64,000 bases of DNA, taken from the NCBI GenBank assembly GCA_964016885.1, contig OZ024740.1:207824001-207888000 (forward strand). Reading direction: 5' to 3'. The position numbers and the translations under genes were made by a program. A model generated the notes under the pieces. That model did no database searches and was not told where the DNA came from. It worked only from the letters and a program-made list of their open reading frames with translations. The DNA is from Eledone cirrhosa (lineage: Eukaryota). Position 1 is the first letter of the stretch, and each line of letters begins with the position of its first letter. Below, in pieces: positions 42,847 to 56,600 of the stretch.

Positions 42847-43480
42847 GTATATACAATGTTTTAACTGTTTTATTTGGAGCATATATGAAGAGTTTGTGAG
42901 ATCTTCCTAATCTGGAATAACCTACATACAATTAATTGCCCATGTGATAAACAGCTTCTTGTAGATGGAGACCAACAACCTGCAGAGCCTGACCTTGGAT
43001 CTTGTTAATGGTCATTGTGTAACTGAATCTCACTGGGAATTGCAATCATTTCAAATGAAAGGGGACATCTGTGAGTATTAGCAGCATTCTAGGTATAAAT
43101 CTGATGTTTCCCTTACATCATCCACTGAGGATTTTGGCTTCAACAATGTGAGGCTATAGTTCAATCACAGCAATACGTATGCCATTCCACAATCTTGGCT
43201 TTTACAGAGAGAGGAGGAGATGAATTGAGTGTGTGGTGTAGTGTTTCTCTATATATATGTTGATAGCTTGGCGGACGAAAAGACATTATCGGTTTGCTAG
43301 AAATAACAGTAAATTCTCCTCCATCTTCCTCACTCCATTCTATTTTCGAAAAATAAGTCGTCAGTTAGCTTTCTGGGGTCATATTAGTTGAAAATAAACG
43401 AAAAACCTTAATTATTATCACTGTTATTTAGTATTACTAGCAGTCAACGTACGAACAAACCTCCTTTTTATAAGAATACG

Positions 43481-43519
<39 letters not shown>

Positions 43520-43542
43520 GTGTGTGCGTGTGTGTATATATG

Positions 43543-43574
<32 letters not shown>

Positions 43575-43636
43575 CATTCAAAAACATACATCTATACGCA
43601 TAGATGCACACATTATTGCATACATACACACATATA

Positions 43637-44184
43637 TAATATGGGACAGGGAGAAGAAAACATGCACAGTAGTGGAAATTAGCTGCTTAACAGATGCCAA
43701 TATAATAGCAAAGATTAGTGAAAAGGAGAATATCTATGCAGAACTGATGAGAAACCTGCAGATACTCCAGCCTGATTACACCTTCAAATTTATGCCTGTG
43801 ATTATCGGGGCACTGGGATATGTTAGTAACTGCCTCAATACAAATCTTGAGAAGCTAGGCTTCACAGGAACAGAAAGAACACAACTAGTTAGGAAATTAC
43901 AAGTACAATCCATTAATGGAACAGTAAAAATATGTAAAACATTCTAAAAATGTTGCATCTAATAACTGCATATACACATATACAGATGCAAAGCATACAC
44001 ACATGCACACATGCAACTCAAAACATCCACATCCACACATACAATAACATCCATGTGTACACATACAGACATAATCTACCTAGTTGATGTTGTGTAAATT
44101 CCAATGAGAGAGTCTTGTGTCTATGTTAGAAACCGACTCTCTCTCTATTGGTAAAAGATTTGTGAAATTATAAAACCAGAAGAA
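43637..44184 (+). mobile_element. R4/Dong family B, 5'-truncated copy (RLE end plus 3'UTR)
   Basis: IWDREKK..VVEISC; closely similar to 51915-52449; ends agaa|catacata. Confidence 0.9.
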
Positions 44185-45234
44185 CATACATACATACATA
44201 CTCACGCTTATAACATATCTATAGCACCATGTATATCGTGTTATCTATTAACTGATGATTTGCTTTTTAAGAACATATGTCGACATTAAAAACATATTTA
44301 TATAATAATTAACGTGTTTTATATATATGTAAGTATCTATGTAAGTATGTATGTATGTATGTAAGTATGTATGTATGTAGGTAGGTATGTGTGTGTATGT
44401 AGCTATGTGTGAGTGTATATATGTATGCATGTGTGTATGTATGTATATGTATGTGCGCATGTATGCATACATTTATGTATGTACGTTTGTATGTATGTAT
44501 ATTTCTATTTATGTGTATATATATATGTACATATGTATATTTATATATGTACATGCATGTCAATAAGTATATATGTATGTGCACACGCACATATCCATCT
44601 GCATTTCTATATATGTAAATTTGTGTTTGTATACATCATCATCATTTTATATATAATTTTTTTGTACGTCCACTTAAAAAAAAAACATATATATGTGTAC
44701 GAATGTGTGCGTAGTATGTATCTGCATGCATGCGTGTATATGTATATACGTGTGTATGTACATATATATGTGTGTGTTGACGGTTGTGTGTGGGTGTATG
44801 TCTTTGAGCGGACACATCATCCCATGTTATTAACTGCTAAAACATTTCCAGATTTCTGACGTCATTCCTACTTTTCTTTCTACCATTTTGTTTATCTGGG
44901 ACAGACGTATGTATGTGTGTATGTATCTATGTGTGCATGTGTGGGTGTATGTATGATTGTGTGCATGTGTATGCGTGTGTCTGTGTGTGTATGTTTGTGT
45001 ACATGTGTATGTGTGTATATTTTTCTGTGCATATATGTGTGTGTTTAGGGTGCCATCCCTAGACCCTTGCTTCTCGTCAACTCCTCTCTTGGCCCCTACC
45101 AGGTTACAACCACCACCATCCAAGAACACCTACCTTTCTAGATCTCCACTACTTCTCTAAACATCTTTTCTATGCCTCTATCAATGTACAACACTCAACT
45201 CCTTATCTCAATATAGTCCCTTCTTTTCTACTAC

Positions 45235-45540
45235 ACCCTACCTCTCTATAACTTCCTACATTTCCAGACCCCTATTCCATATAACCTCTTACCTCTCTAG
45301 AGACCTTACTTCTCTAGAGATCTTACCTCTCTAAAACTTCCTACATTTCCAGACCCCTATTCCATATAACCCCTTACCTCTCTAGAGATCTTACCTCTCT
45401 AAAACTTCCTACATTTCCAGACCCCTATTCCATATAACCCCTTACCTCTCTAGAGATCTTACCTCTCTAAAACTTCCTACATTTCCAGACCCCTACTTCC
45501 ATATAACCCCTTACCTCTATACAACACTTACCATCCTATA
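45235..45540. repeat. 68-bp tandem repeat made of four 17-bp subunits
   Basis: cttacctctctaaaact/tcctacatttccagacc/cctattccatataaccc/cttacctctctagagat; period 68 (45322 to 45390). Confidence 0.88.
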
Positions 45541-45714
45541 CCTCACCTCTGTATAAACCCTATTACTTTATTTATGTCATTGAACAAATCTGTTCTCCCT
45601 ATTCCTTCCTTATGTGATGTTTACAAAACAAGCTTTAGAGTAGCAATTAGATTTACAAAATTGAGCTAAGGGAAATAGCTCAAATAGGAAAATGGTATGA
45701 ATTTAGATAAATCG

Positions 45715-46215
45715 GGTAGACGGTGATAAACAGAAGGACCTACATAAATAATTTTCCGGTCGCGTCCTCTTCGCACCAGTCGCCGTTGAGACCTCAGGCA
45801 TACTCGGATCCTGTACTGCCGAGCTCCGCCGCAAGATCGGAACGTCAGCAGCCCATCTGAGGAAGAGCTCCGCGTGGTGGGGTGGGTGTTTGGAGCGGGT
45901 GTCACTGGCCATTGCCCGCGGAAATACTTTTGCGGTCTTGTTCGTGGGGCACAGCCCCACACCACTGCACCCTAGGCCCAGAGTCAATCACTCTCTCCCT
46001 TTCCCTCTCCTTTTTTTCTGTGACCCTTGAGGCGTTGCTTTTCCCCTCCTTTTCCTCTTATTTATGTCTTTCATATTCCTTTCCTCTACTTTCCCATACA
46101 GACAGATCTGCCCTTCCTTATCCCTTCCCCATTTTCTCATTACTTAATTTGGCTTTTATCTTTCTTTCTCATATTTATGTATCTTTTGAAAATAAACTTA
46201 TTTCTATTCATTAAA
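45715..46215 (+). mobile_element. CRE-clade RLE retrotransposon 3' fragment
   Basis: The frame from 45770 reads FAPVAVETSGILG...ERVSLAIARGNTFAVL, matching the CRE C-terminal F.P.A.ET.G..G / QRLS.A..RGNA motif. AATAAA lies near the end. Confidence 0.7.
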
Positions 46216-46439
46216 AATTTGCCTTTCATCCTTACGGGGTCGATAAAATAAAGTACCAGTAATGTACTGGGTAATTGCTGGCCTTGTGCCTAAAGTAGAA
46301 ACAATTAAAAATTATCTGTTAATGGAAATTGATAGTCACTCTCAAATAAAAAGGAACATAATTTCAATAAAATATAAATATATTTCGCAGAATATTATTA
46401 ATCTTATCTTTGATAGCAGATAAAATATCAGCTATGACC

Positions 46440-47035
46440 AAGATTACTTAATTAGACTTAGAACCTCCAGCGTTTTGAGATACATGAGGCAGTGAAAGTG
46501 GTCCAATGCCCACGGTCAGTTGAATCTATCAAGATATCCTACGTCTTGAGACAGACACGTCAGTCAGCCAATGTGCTCCAATGACCACGGTTACTTGCAT
46601 CTATCAGTACATCGTTCCAATGTTTGTTGACGGGTTTCAGGTCTTTGAGGATTGTCGCCCCCGGTTCATCTTGGGACATCCTCTTCGCCTCTTTCCACAA
46701 GGGAACCTATGCGGGACCTGATTAGCATGTCTCTCACTTGGGAGTCATGTGACATATCCCAACCAGCCAAGTTGACACTTGTACATGATGTTAGACACAC
46801 GTTGTTAGGAGGTTCATTGATGGACTTCTTTGTTGGTGATGAAGTCATCCTACTTGATACCAAGGATTTTCCGAAGAAATTTGATGTCAAAAGTATGTAA
46901 TTGGTTCTCCTGGCTGGTCTTCACACTCCACCTTTCGCACCCATACAAGAGTGTTGAACGCACGAAGCACATCATTGTTGTAAAACCTCATCTTGGTACC
47001 AAGCGAAAGTTTTTTTGCTTCTCCAGATCTTGTTG
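46440..47035 (-). mobile_element. Old RTE-like LINE 3' remnant
   Basis: Minus-strand degenerate LLYGCE.W, GHV.R and RPGxxPQR..W motifs; (ctaa)-type tail. Confidence 0.5.
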
Positions 47036-47252
47036 AGTTGCATAAAGGAGAAAGTTTCAGTGGTTTTATACCGTGCCAGCAGAGTGGAGATATATCAACG
47101 ACAGATACGAATATGTTTGGTCGGTAGTATTTTTACTTAATTTTCTCTGCTTCTATGATATCACAAACACAAACATACATAGTATGAAAGCGTAAATGAG
47201 CTTGACAGTATGCGTACATGTCCGAGTGAAACTCTGAGACCGTAAGTATGCA

Positions 47253-47322
<70 letters not shown>

Positions 47323-47583
47323 AACAACACATACCTAACGAACTTTTACGAAGGGCTGAGGGGATAAAGTTAATATAGAGTGGCGTCTCATGTACGAATA
47401 TGCTATAAAATAGAGTGAAACCCTCAGAAAAGGAAAAGTAGTCCCCGGCCACTACAAGGAAATGAAGCTGGTATTTCCCAGATGGCAACTTCTTTTTCCG
47501 TCTCTAAGGGCATTCACCCTATTTTACCAGCTATTTTATAGCATATCAGTGCATGAGCACACTTCTCTTTATGTATATACGTA

Positions 47584-47627
<44 letters not shown>

Positions 47628-47715
47628 TATATATATATATGTGTGTAGCTCTCTCTCTCTCTTTCTCTGTCTCTCTAAGTATATATATGTGTATATATGT
47701 CTGTGTGTATACATA

Positions 47716-47784
<69 letters not shown>

Positions 47785-47935
47785 GCATACTTGAGTATAA
47801 ATATACGCACCCATATATGTATATGTGAGTGCGCATGTGTTTATATGTAGTTGTTCATGTTTGCGTTCTGTGTGTTTGTGTGTGTTTTCTCATCTATGTC
47901 TGCCTGTATATATTTATATGTATACATATATACTC

Positions 47936-47991
<56 letters not shown>

Positions 47992-48281
47992 ATATAGTTA
48001 CATGTACAGATATTTATATACATCACATACGCACATACATCACATGCATACATACATATATATATACATACATGCATGTATGGATCCATACATATATACA
48101 TATATACATACATATATACATGCATGCATACATACATACATACACGCATACATACATAAATACACGCATACATACATACATAAATACACGCATACATACA
48201 TACATACATACATACATACATACATACATACATACATACATACATACATACATACATACATACATACATACATACATACAT

Positions 48282-49549
48282 ACAATACTTATGCTGTGCC
48301 AATTCTAACGCCAACATTTGGCCTACTGAACTGGTCATTGCAAGAACTAAGTGAGATGGATGTTAGAACTCGAAAACTTCTCAGTGTTACTGGGAACTTT
48401 AACATCAATGGTGATGTGGATAGGCTATACTTCTCACGCAAGGAAGGTGGCCGGGGTCTAAAATCAATATTAACAACATATGAGACCCGGATAGTAACAC
48501 TGAAACAACACCTTCAACAGAGGAAAAAGGTTGGCAACCATCTTGCCCAGGTTTATGACCATGAAAAAAAAAATATCATTAGAATAGCGACTGATCTGGA
48601 GGAGAGATATGGAATAAAGCCTGATATAAATCTCTTACCCAGAGAAATCGGAAGATCCTATTCAATGTTCAAACAAGATGAAAAAATTGACCAATTTACA
48701 GAAAAAGTTGTGCATGGATACTTGAGGCGTAAAACACAGACCATAGAGGGGATAAACCACTCAAAAAGCCTGGCATGGAGTTCCGACAAGTTTATGACAT
48801 CACACCTTGAGGGATATCTCTATGCAATACAGGAACAAGAACTCCCTACCAAATATCTGCTGCACAAAAGAGGAGGGCCAGCAGCTGACAATAAATGTAG
48901 GCTATGTAAAACAAAGATCGAGGATGTAAGCCACATTGTTGCCAGCTGCGAAAGAATGTCATCTCGCTACTACCTCCCCATGAGACACGATGGGATAGCT
49001 AGAACCATCTGGAACGCACTTCGGAAAACAAAATTAACAACAAACGAGGAAGAATATATTGAGACAGATGGCACTAAGGAATACTGGTGGAACCTGAAAA
49101 TAAAAACTGCCACCAAATTAAAGCACAACCGGCCTGATATTGTAGTTTGGGACCACACATTGAAAACGTGTTCTGTTGTGGAGATCAGCTGCCCACTTGA
49201 TGTAAACGTTGTCAGAAAAATACAGGAGAAGGAGGACATCTACGGACCATTGATGAGGAGTTTACAAATCCAGTATCCAAAATACACCTTTAGCTTCATA
49301 CCCGTCATTATTGGTGCTACGGGTTATATACCAACCCGCTTGGACCAAAGTATGATTGAACTTGGATTTGCGGACAAAAAGCGCAGCTCCCTAATTCATA
49401 GTCTACAAATAGCTGCGATAGCTGGCACCTTCAAAATTTGCAAAACATTCTTGCGATTCAAAGGATGACAATTTCTTTTCTTTTACAACCTTGCCACCAG
49501 GAAGGTGGCCGGTCAAAAAAATATACTCGAAATTAAGAGAAAGAGAAAA
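48282..49549 (+). mobile_element. R4/Dong family A, 5'-truncated copy
   Basis: Nearly identical to 56461-57728 (about 8 substitutions by eye); (TACA)n on both sides. Confidence 0.95.
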
Positions 49550-49569
49550 CATACATAGATACATACATA

Positions 49570-52449
49570 GAGTGAAAAATAAAATAGAGACGATGTTTGG
49601 TAACAGTAGAACCAGAACTCTCCAATATAAGCTGATCACCCTCAAACAAGAATTGAGAGCTGTTAGCGAAAAACGCCGATACCTGAAGAAGGTAGAGGAG
49701 AGAAAGGTGCTTAATAAAAGATTCAGACGAAACCAAACATCAGTCTATAGAGATATGAAGGGCAAAATAATAAGTGTCACTGAGGCCACTGAGGTCACTG
49801 GAGCAAAATATGGGATGAAAAGAAGAATTTCAACCAAGATGCAGTGTGGCTAAGAGAAACCCGAAAGAACTATTGCTCCTACACTACAACAAAAAACATA
49901 CGAAATAAGTGAGAGTACCCTTGAGACTGTGATAGGAAAACTCCAAGATAAGAAAACACCAGGAAGAAACATGATTGTCGGCTACTGGTACACAAAACTG
50001 ATATTCTATCGGAGGTATCTTACTGACCTCTACCAACAAGTTCTTAAGGGAGATACACTTATACCAGAATGGTTGACATTAGCACAAACATTACTGGTCC
50101 CCAAGAACAAAGACACCCACTTGGCAAAAAACTACCGACCCATTGCATGCCAGAACCTGATGTATAAGATGTATACAGCCTGCCTGAACCTATTCCTCCA
50201 AGATCACTGTGAAAATAATAACATCATCACAGATGAACAAGCAGCTGGAAAGAAAGGGATTTGGGGATGTGCTGAAGAAATCCTAATCAACAAAACTGCG
50301 ATGTCGGACGTGCGACAACTTAGGAGGAATAAGACTACAGTCTGGCTGGACTACAGGAAAGCTTTCGATTCTGTTCCCCATTCTTGGATGATAGACGCCC
50401 TCCAACTCTCTAAAGTCCCAGACATTATTGTCAGACCCATAGAGAAGCTGTCTTCTTCTTGGGCTACTAACCTAAGGTTAACGACAGAGAGGGAGGACTC
50501 TATTTTCACTGATAAAATAAAATATTGCAGGGGTATATTTCAGGGGGACAGTCTCTCTGTGATATTATTCCTCTTGTCATTAAACCCCTTGTCCTTTCTG
50601 CTCAAGAAATGTGAGGGAAACATCATTGGCTCACAGGAGGACAGAAATACGAACCTAACCCATAATTTCTTTGTGGACAATCTGAAACTCTATGCCAAGA
50701 ACATGGATGGGATGAAGAAAAATCTTGACCTGGTTACAACGTTCTCAAAGGATATAGGAATGGAGTTTGGCCAAGATAAATGCTCATACAAGACTGTAAA
50801 GTGGGGAAAAACAACAACCCAATCTAGCAACATTGTCATCAATGGCCTGACTGTTTCACCGATATCTGATGAGGACTGCTACAGATACCTGGGGATAGAT
50901 GAGAACATATCCTATAATGGTACCTGTAATAAAGAACGCGTAACCAGGGAATACTATACCCGATTAAGAAAGATCTGCTCATCGGAACTCTCTGCGCAAA
51001 ACAAAACAGTGGCTCACAATGTGTTTGCTGTGCCTGTCCTAACACCAACGTTTGGAATACTCAATTGGACGATAGACGAAATCCGAGCCGTTGATGTTGG
51101 AACTCGAAAAATACTGAACAACACCGCAAACTTCCACATCAACAGTGACATAGACCGCCTTTACTTGAAACGTAAGCAAGGAGGCAGAGGCCTAACATAA
51201 GTTCGGACAACATTTCAATGTCGCATCATATCCCTTCGACAACATCTACGAACCTCGAAGCGTAGGAGCCTGTTTCTCGAGCAAGTCTATCTGCATGAAA
51301 CAGATAAGATCATGAGAGTTGGTAAGGAACTCCTTGTGAGATATTCCCTGTGTGATAATCAAAAACTCACACCCAGGGATGTCGCTCAGCAGTATCGCAG
51401 TGAATCCATGCATGAAAAACTGCATGCCTATCAGCAAAAAATCATGCCTGGATATGTTGCCAAGAAGCTCCAGAGTGAGAGTAATATAGATAAGGAAAGT
51501 AGTCTCTCTTGGACCAACAACCGCTATATAGGCTCCCACATTGAAGGATACGCTTTTGCAATCCAGGAACAGAGGATTAGCACGAAATACCTGATTCACA
51601 AAAGAGATAGGGATGCAGGCAAAACACCTAGATGTGATAACAAGTGCAGACTCTGCAGAACTAACATCGAGGATATCACTCATGTCATCAGTAGCTGTCC
51701 AAAGATGTCATCGCGGTACTATCTACCTATGAGGCATGATGTAGTGGCCAAAACACTGTAAAATGCAGTTCGTAAAAAGGATAGCCCCAATAATAAACAC
51801 ATTAAAAGCTACAGCAATGTGGAAGACATCCATGTACATAATATGACAGAGTACTGGTGGAATGTTCCAGTAAAAACCCCAATAAAATGCAGGCATAACA
51901 GACCAGATATTATGATATGGGACAGGGAGAAGAAAGCATACACAGTAGTGGAAATTAGCTGCCCAGCAGATGCCAATATAATATCAAAGATTAGTGAAAA
52001 GGAGAACATTTATGCAGAACTGATGAGAAATCTGCAGATACTCCACCCTGATTACACCTTCAGATTTATGCCTGTGATTATTAGGGCACTGGGATATGTT
52101 AGTAACTGCCTCAATACAAATCTTGAGAAGCTAGGCTTCACAGGAACAGAAAGAACACAACTAGTTAGGAAATTACAAGTACAATCCATTAATGGAACAG
52201 TAAAAATATGTAAAACATTCTAAAAATGTTGCATCTAATAACATGTACAGATGCAAAGCATATACACATGCACACATACAACTCAAAACATCCACATCCA
52301 CGCATACAATAATATCCATATCTACACATGCATACATACATACCTACCTAGTTGATGTGTAAATTCCAATGAGAGAGTCTTGTGTCTATGTTAGAAACCG
52401 ACTCTCTGTCTATCGGGAAAAGATTTGTGAAATTATAAAACCAGAAGAA
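49570..52449 (+). pseudogene. R4/Dong family B, 5'-truncated, inactivated (RT, CCHC, RLE)
   Basis: WLDYRKAFDSVPH, QGDSLS, FVDN (mutated catalytic DD), CRLC..H..C, RHD, RPDI; in-frame stops. Confidence 0.93.
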
Positions 52450-52537
52450 CATACATACATACATACATACATACATAATACATACATACATACATACATA
52501 CATACATACATACATACATACATACAGACAGACAGAC

Positions 52538-53095
52538 AGACACGATGGGATAGCTAGAACTATCTGGAACGCACTTCGGAAAACAAAATTAAAAACAAAC
52601 GAGGAAGAATATATTGAGACAGATGGCACTAAGGAATACTGGTGGAACCTGAAAATAAAAACTGCCACCAAATTAAAGCACAACCGGCCTGATATTGTTG
52701 TTTGGGACCACACATTGAAAACGTGTTCTGTTGTGGAGATCAGCTGCCCGTTTACATCAAGTTGATGTAAACGTTGTCAGAAATATACAGGAGGAGGACA
52801 TCTACGGACCTTTGATGAGGAGTTTACAAATCCAGTATCAAAGATACACCTTTAGCTTCATACCCACGGGTTATATACCAACCCGTTTGGACCAAAGTAT
52901 GACTGAACTTGGATTAGTGGACAAAGAGCGCAACTCCCTAATTCATAGTCTACAAATGGCTGCGATAGCTGGCACCTTCATAATTTTCAAAACATTCTTG
53001 CGATTCAAAGGATGACAATTTCTTTTCTTGTACAACCTTGCCACCAGGAAGGTGGCCGGTCAAAAAAAATACTCGAAATTAAGAGAAAGAGATAA
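52538..53095 (+). mobile_element. R4/Dong family A, short older copy
   Basis: Homologous to about 57162-57728 with indels. Confidence 0.92.
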
Positions 53096-53577
53096 CATAC
53101 ATACATAGATACATACATACACGCATGCATACATACATAAATACATACACGCATACATACATACATACATACATACATACACGCATACATACATACATAC
53201 ATACATACATACATACATACATACATACACGCATACATACATACATACATACATACATACATACATACACGCATACATACATACACGCATACATACATAC
53301 ATACATACATACACGCATACATACATACATATATACATACATACATACATACACGCATACATACATACATACATACATACATACATACATACATACATAC
53401 GTACATACATGCATGCATGCATGCATACATACATACATACATACATACATACATACATACATACATACACGCATACATACATACACGCATACATACATAC
53501 ATACATACACGCATACATACATACATACATATATACATACATACATACATACATACATACACGCATACATACATACA

Positions 53578-53611
<34 letters not shown>

Positions 53612-53698
53612 CACACATACATACATACATACATACATACATACATACATACATACATACATACATACATACATACATACATACATACATTCATACAT
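53096..53698. repeat. 600-bp (CATA)n tract with CACG variants
   Basis: Directly visible. Confidence 0.97.
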
Positions 53699-56600
53699 AA
53701 AATGGCGACCGTTGTGGTCAGTGTCCGATAATCGGACGTGTGTAATTACGGCTTACATGAAGGCAACATACCATATATTGGAAAAAGTTGAGCTACATTA
53801 CGCGGTAAGATTACATACAATAATTCTACATAAATGTTTGAACTGTAAGTATGTTGTAAAACACCTATTTATATGAACGATACATACACTTATGATATAT
53901 GAACGATACATACACTTTAACATATAAATGCAACGTTGTTATATTACATTTATAAAGAAATATTACATTTATATAAAACACAGTTGTAGAATTAAAAAAC
54001 TAACTGAAAAGAAATATTACTCAAGCTGTGAATAACTTTAAATTTGATTCTGACAGAACTTTGTCGTAACTTTTAAAGAAGATCATCGACTATTTTGAAA
54101 AATAAATACGAAATATTAGTGAATAGACGAACTCATCATGGCAAAAAGTACAAGTCTCCTTCGACCAAATCGCAATTACAACCGTTGTACACAGTGGACC
54201 TACGAGTTTAACAATGTATTATATGAAGCATACAAACAATCTGAACCCCAAAAGTTCGGTTTTATGCAAAGGCTAAAAACTTTATGGAACTCCAAACACC
54301 CAGAATTAGACTTTTCTCCAAAGCATTTAAATGAACAGGCAAAACGTATCATTAGATGTAAATTGATACATCTAACAGAATCGAGTGATACTACAAATAC
54401 AGCCCTTGTAGACAACCACCCCACCTCCACTGACAGACAAAGAGAATGGCCGGCTAAATCTAACAGTGAACAGCTCACCAACAATTTTGCTGAAATTCAT
54501 CCCACTTCCACTGAAGAACAGCGAGAAAGGTCAGCTGACTCTAGTAGTAATTGTCACCACATCAACAACGAGGCTGAAATTCATGACTCTACTGAACAAA
54601 CAGAGCACCAAAAACTTGTGGGCTCCCTACAAGTGATATGGAATGATATGTTTCAAGAGATACACAGCCTTAATGTGAGTGACAGACCATACAACACTAG
54701 AGTCAGTAAAGAACCCACTAAATTGGAATTGGAAGCGGTGAACGAAATAGCTGGCAATTATCTGAAGGCTATACGATCTAAAGGTGTAGAAACGACATTT
54801 GAAACGCTTAATGTTTTGTTATATGTTTCAGCTGTCACATTGCTAGCATATAACACACATCTAAAACCACGCAATCAAGATACAAACAGAAAGCCTGAAC
54901 CAGCGTGGATGCGAAATTTAAAAACCAAAATTTTGTCCCTGAGACGAAGTATCTCACACATCGCAGTCGTTATGAAATGCAACATAGAGAGCAACTTCAC
55001 ACAACACCAGGAAGACCTAAAGAAAAAGTTAGAGAGAAGATTTGGAGATACAAAATTTAAAACTTTGAACTCCAAATTACACCAGTTGAAACAACAACTC
55101 ACAGCTACAACAGAAAGACTAAAATATAAGTCAACAGCACATAAACGACAAGTGCTAAATAGATTGTTTGCCAGAGATCCTAAATCAGTTTATCGCAGCT
55201 TCGGTGGCAAAAGCTCAATCTCTGTAAATGACACCCCTTCAAAAGAACAGGTTGAGAGCTACTGGAGATCTGTATGGGAAACGGATGACGGATTCAACAG
55301 ACAAGCTAATTGGCTAAAAGAACTGGAACAGGACTACTGCCAACATGTCCAGACAAAACAATATGACATAGATGGGTCAATACTGGAAACAGCTCTACAG
55401 AAAATGTCGAATAGGAAATCGCCAGGCCCAGACCTCATTACAGGATACTGGTTGAAGAATTTCACTTTCTATCGGCAAGATCTCATACGGCTGTTTACAG
55501 AAACCATTAAGGGCACACAAGAACTGCCCAGATGGTTATCAACTGCCTCTACTCTCCTCATTCCCAAAAATAGCCAAACCACCCTTGCTAAAAATTACCG
55601 CCCAATTGCCTGCCAAAACATCATGTATAAATTATATACTGGGTGCCTTAACCTGTTCTTACAGGATCACTGTGCTACCAACAACATCATAACACCTGAG
55701 CAAGCTGGTGGAAATAGGGAGGTGTGGGGTTGCATAGATCACCTACTAACTAACAAAATGATTCAGAAAAAAACAACAAAGAATCGCAGAAACATGACTG
55801 TCGTGTGGCTGGACTATCAAAAAGCATTTGATAGTGTACCTCATGGGTGGATTGTTAAGGCTTTACAGTTAGCTAAAGTCCCACAACCATTGGTAGCTGC
55901 TGTTGAACGCCTGACCAAGAACTGGTACACCAGTTTGATCCTTAGAGGTGAGAAGGAGCAGGTTAGGACTGATAAGATACATTACCAGAAGGGCATCTTT
56001 CAGGGTGATAGCTTGTCGGTGCTACTCTTCGTTCTCTCACTGAATCCACTATCTTACCTACTCAGGAAACAAGGTCGACAAAGAAGTGGGACCAGAAGTA
56101 TCTCCCATCTTTTCTTTGTTGATGACCTGAAGTTGTATGGGCCAAATATCAATGACATCAAGAAACAATTGGACCTCATTACACAATTTTCAACCGACAT
56201 CAAAATGAAATTTGGTGAGTCCAAGTGTGCATATTTGGCAGTAAAACGTGGAAGAGCTGTGCCCTCCTCTAGAAATCTAGAGATGAACGGCCTGACAATA
56301 CAACCTCTGCAGTCAGGTGACAACTACAGATATCTTGGACAGGATGAGAATGTCAGATATGATGGACCCATAAATAAGGAGAAAACCAGAACTGAATACC
56401 TCAGAAGAGTAAAGAAAATATGGTCATCAGAACTGTCAGCATACAACAAATACATTGCCCACAATACTTATGCTGTGCCAATTCTAACGCCAACATTTGG
56501 CCTACTGAACTGGTCATTGCAAGAACTAAGTGAGATGGATGTTAGAACTCGAAAACTTCTCAGTGTTACTGGGAACTTTAACATCAATGGTGATGTGGAT

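Noticed and set aside
42965-43070. Possible host exon (ttcttgtag...ct|gtgagt, one open frame WETNNLQSLTLDLVNGHC...)
   Set aside because: There are no partner exons or recognisable domain; it cannot be supported without RNA-seq.
47825-48281. N-terminal extension of the 547-aa ORF
   Set aside because: Microsatellite fortuitously in frame with a truncated R4 copy.
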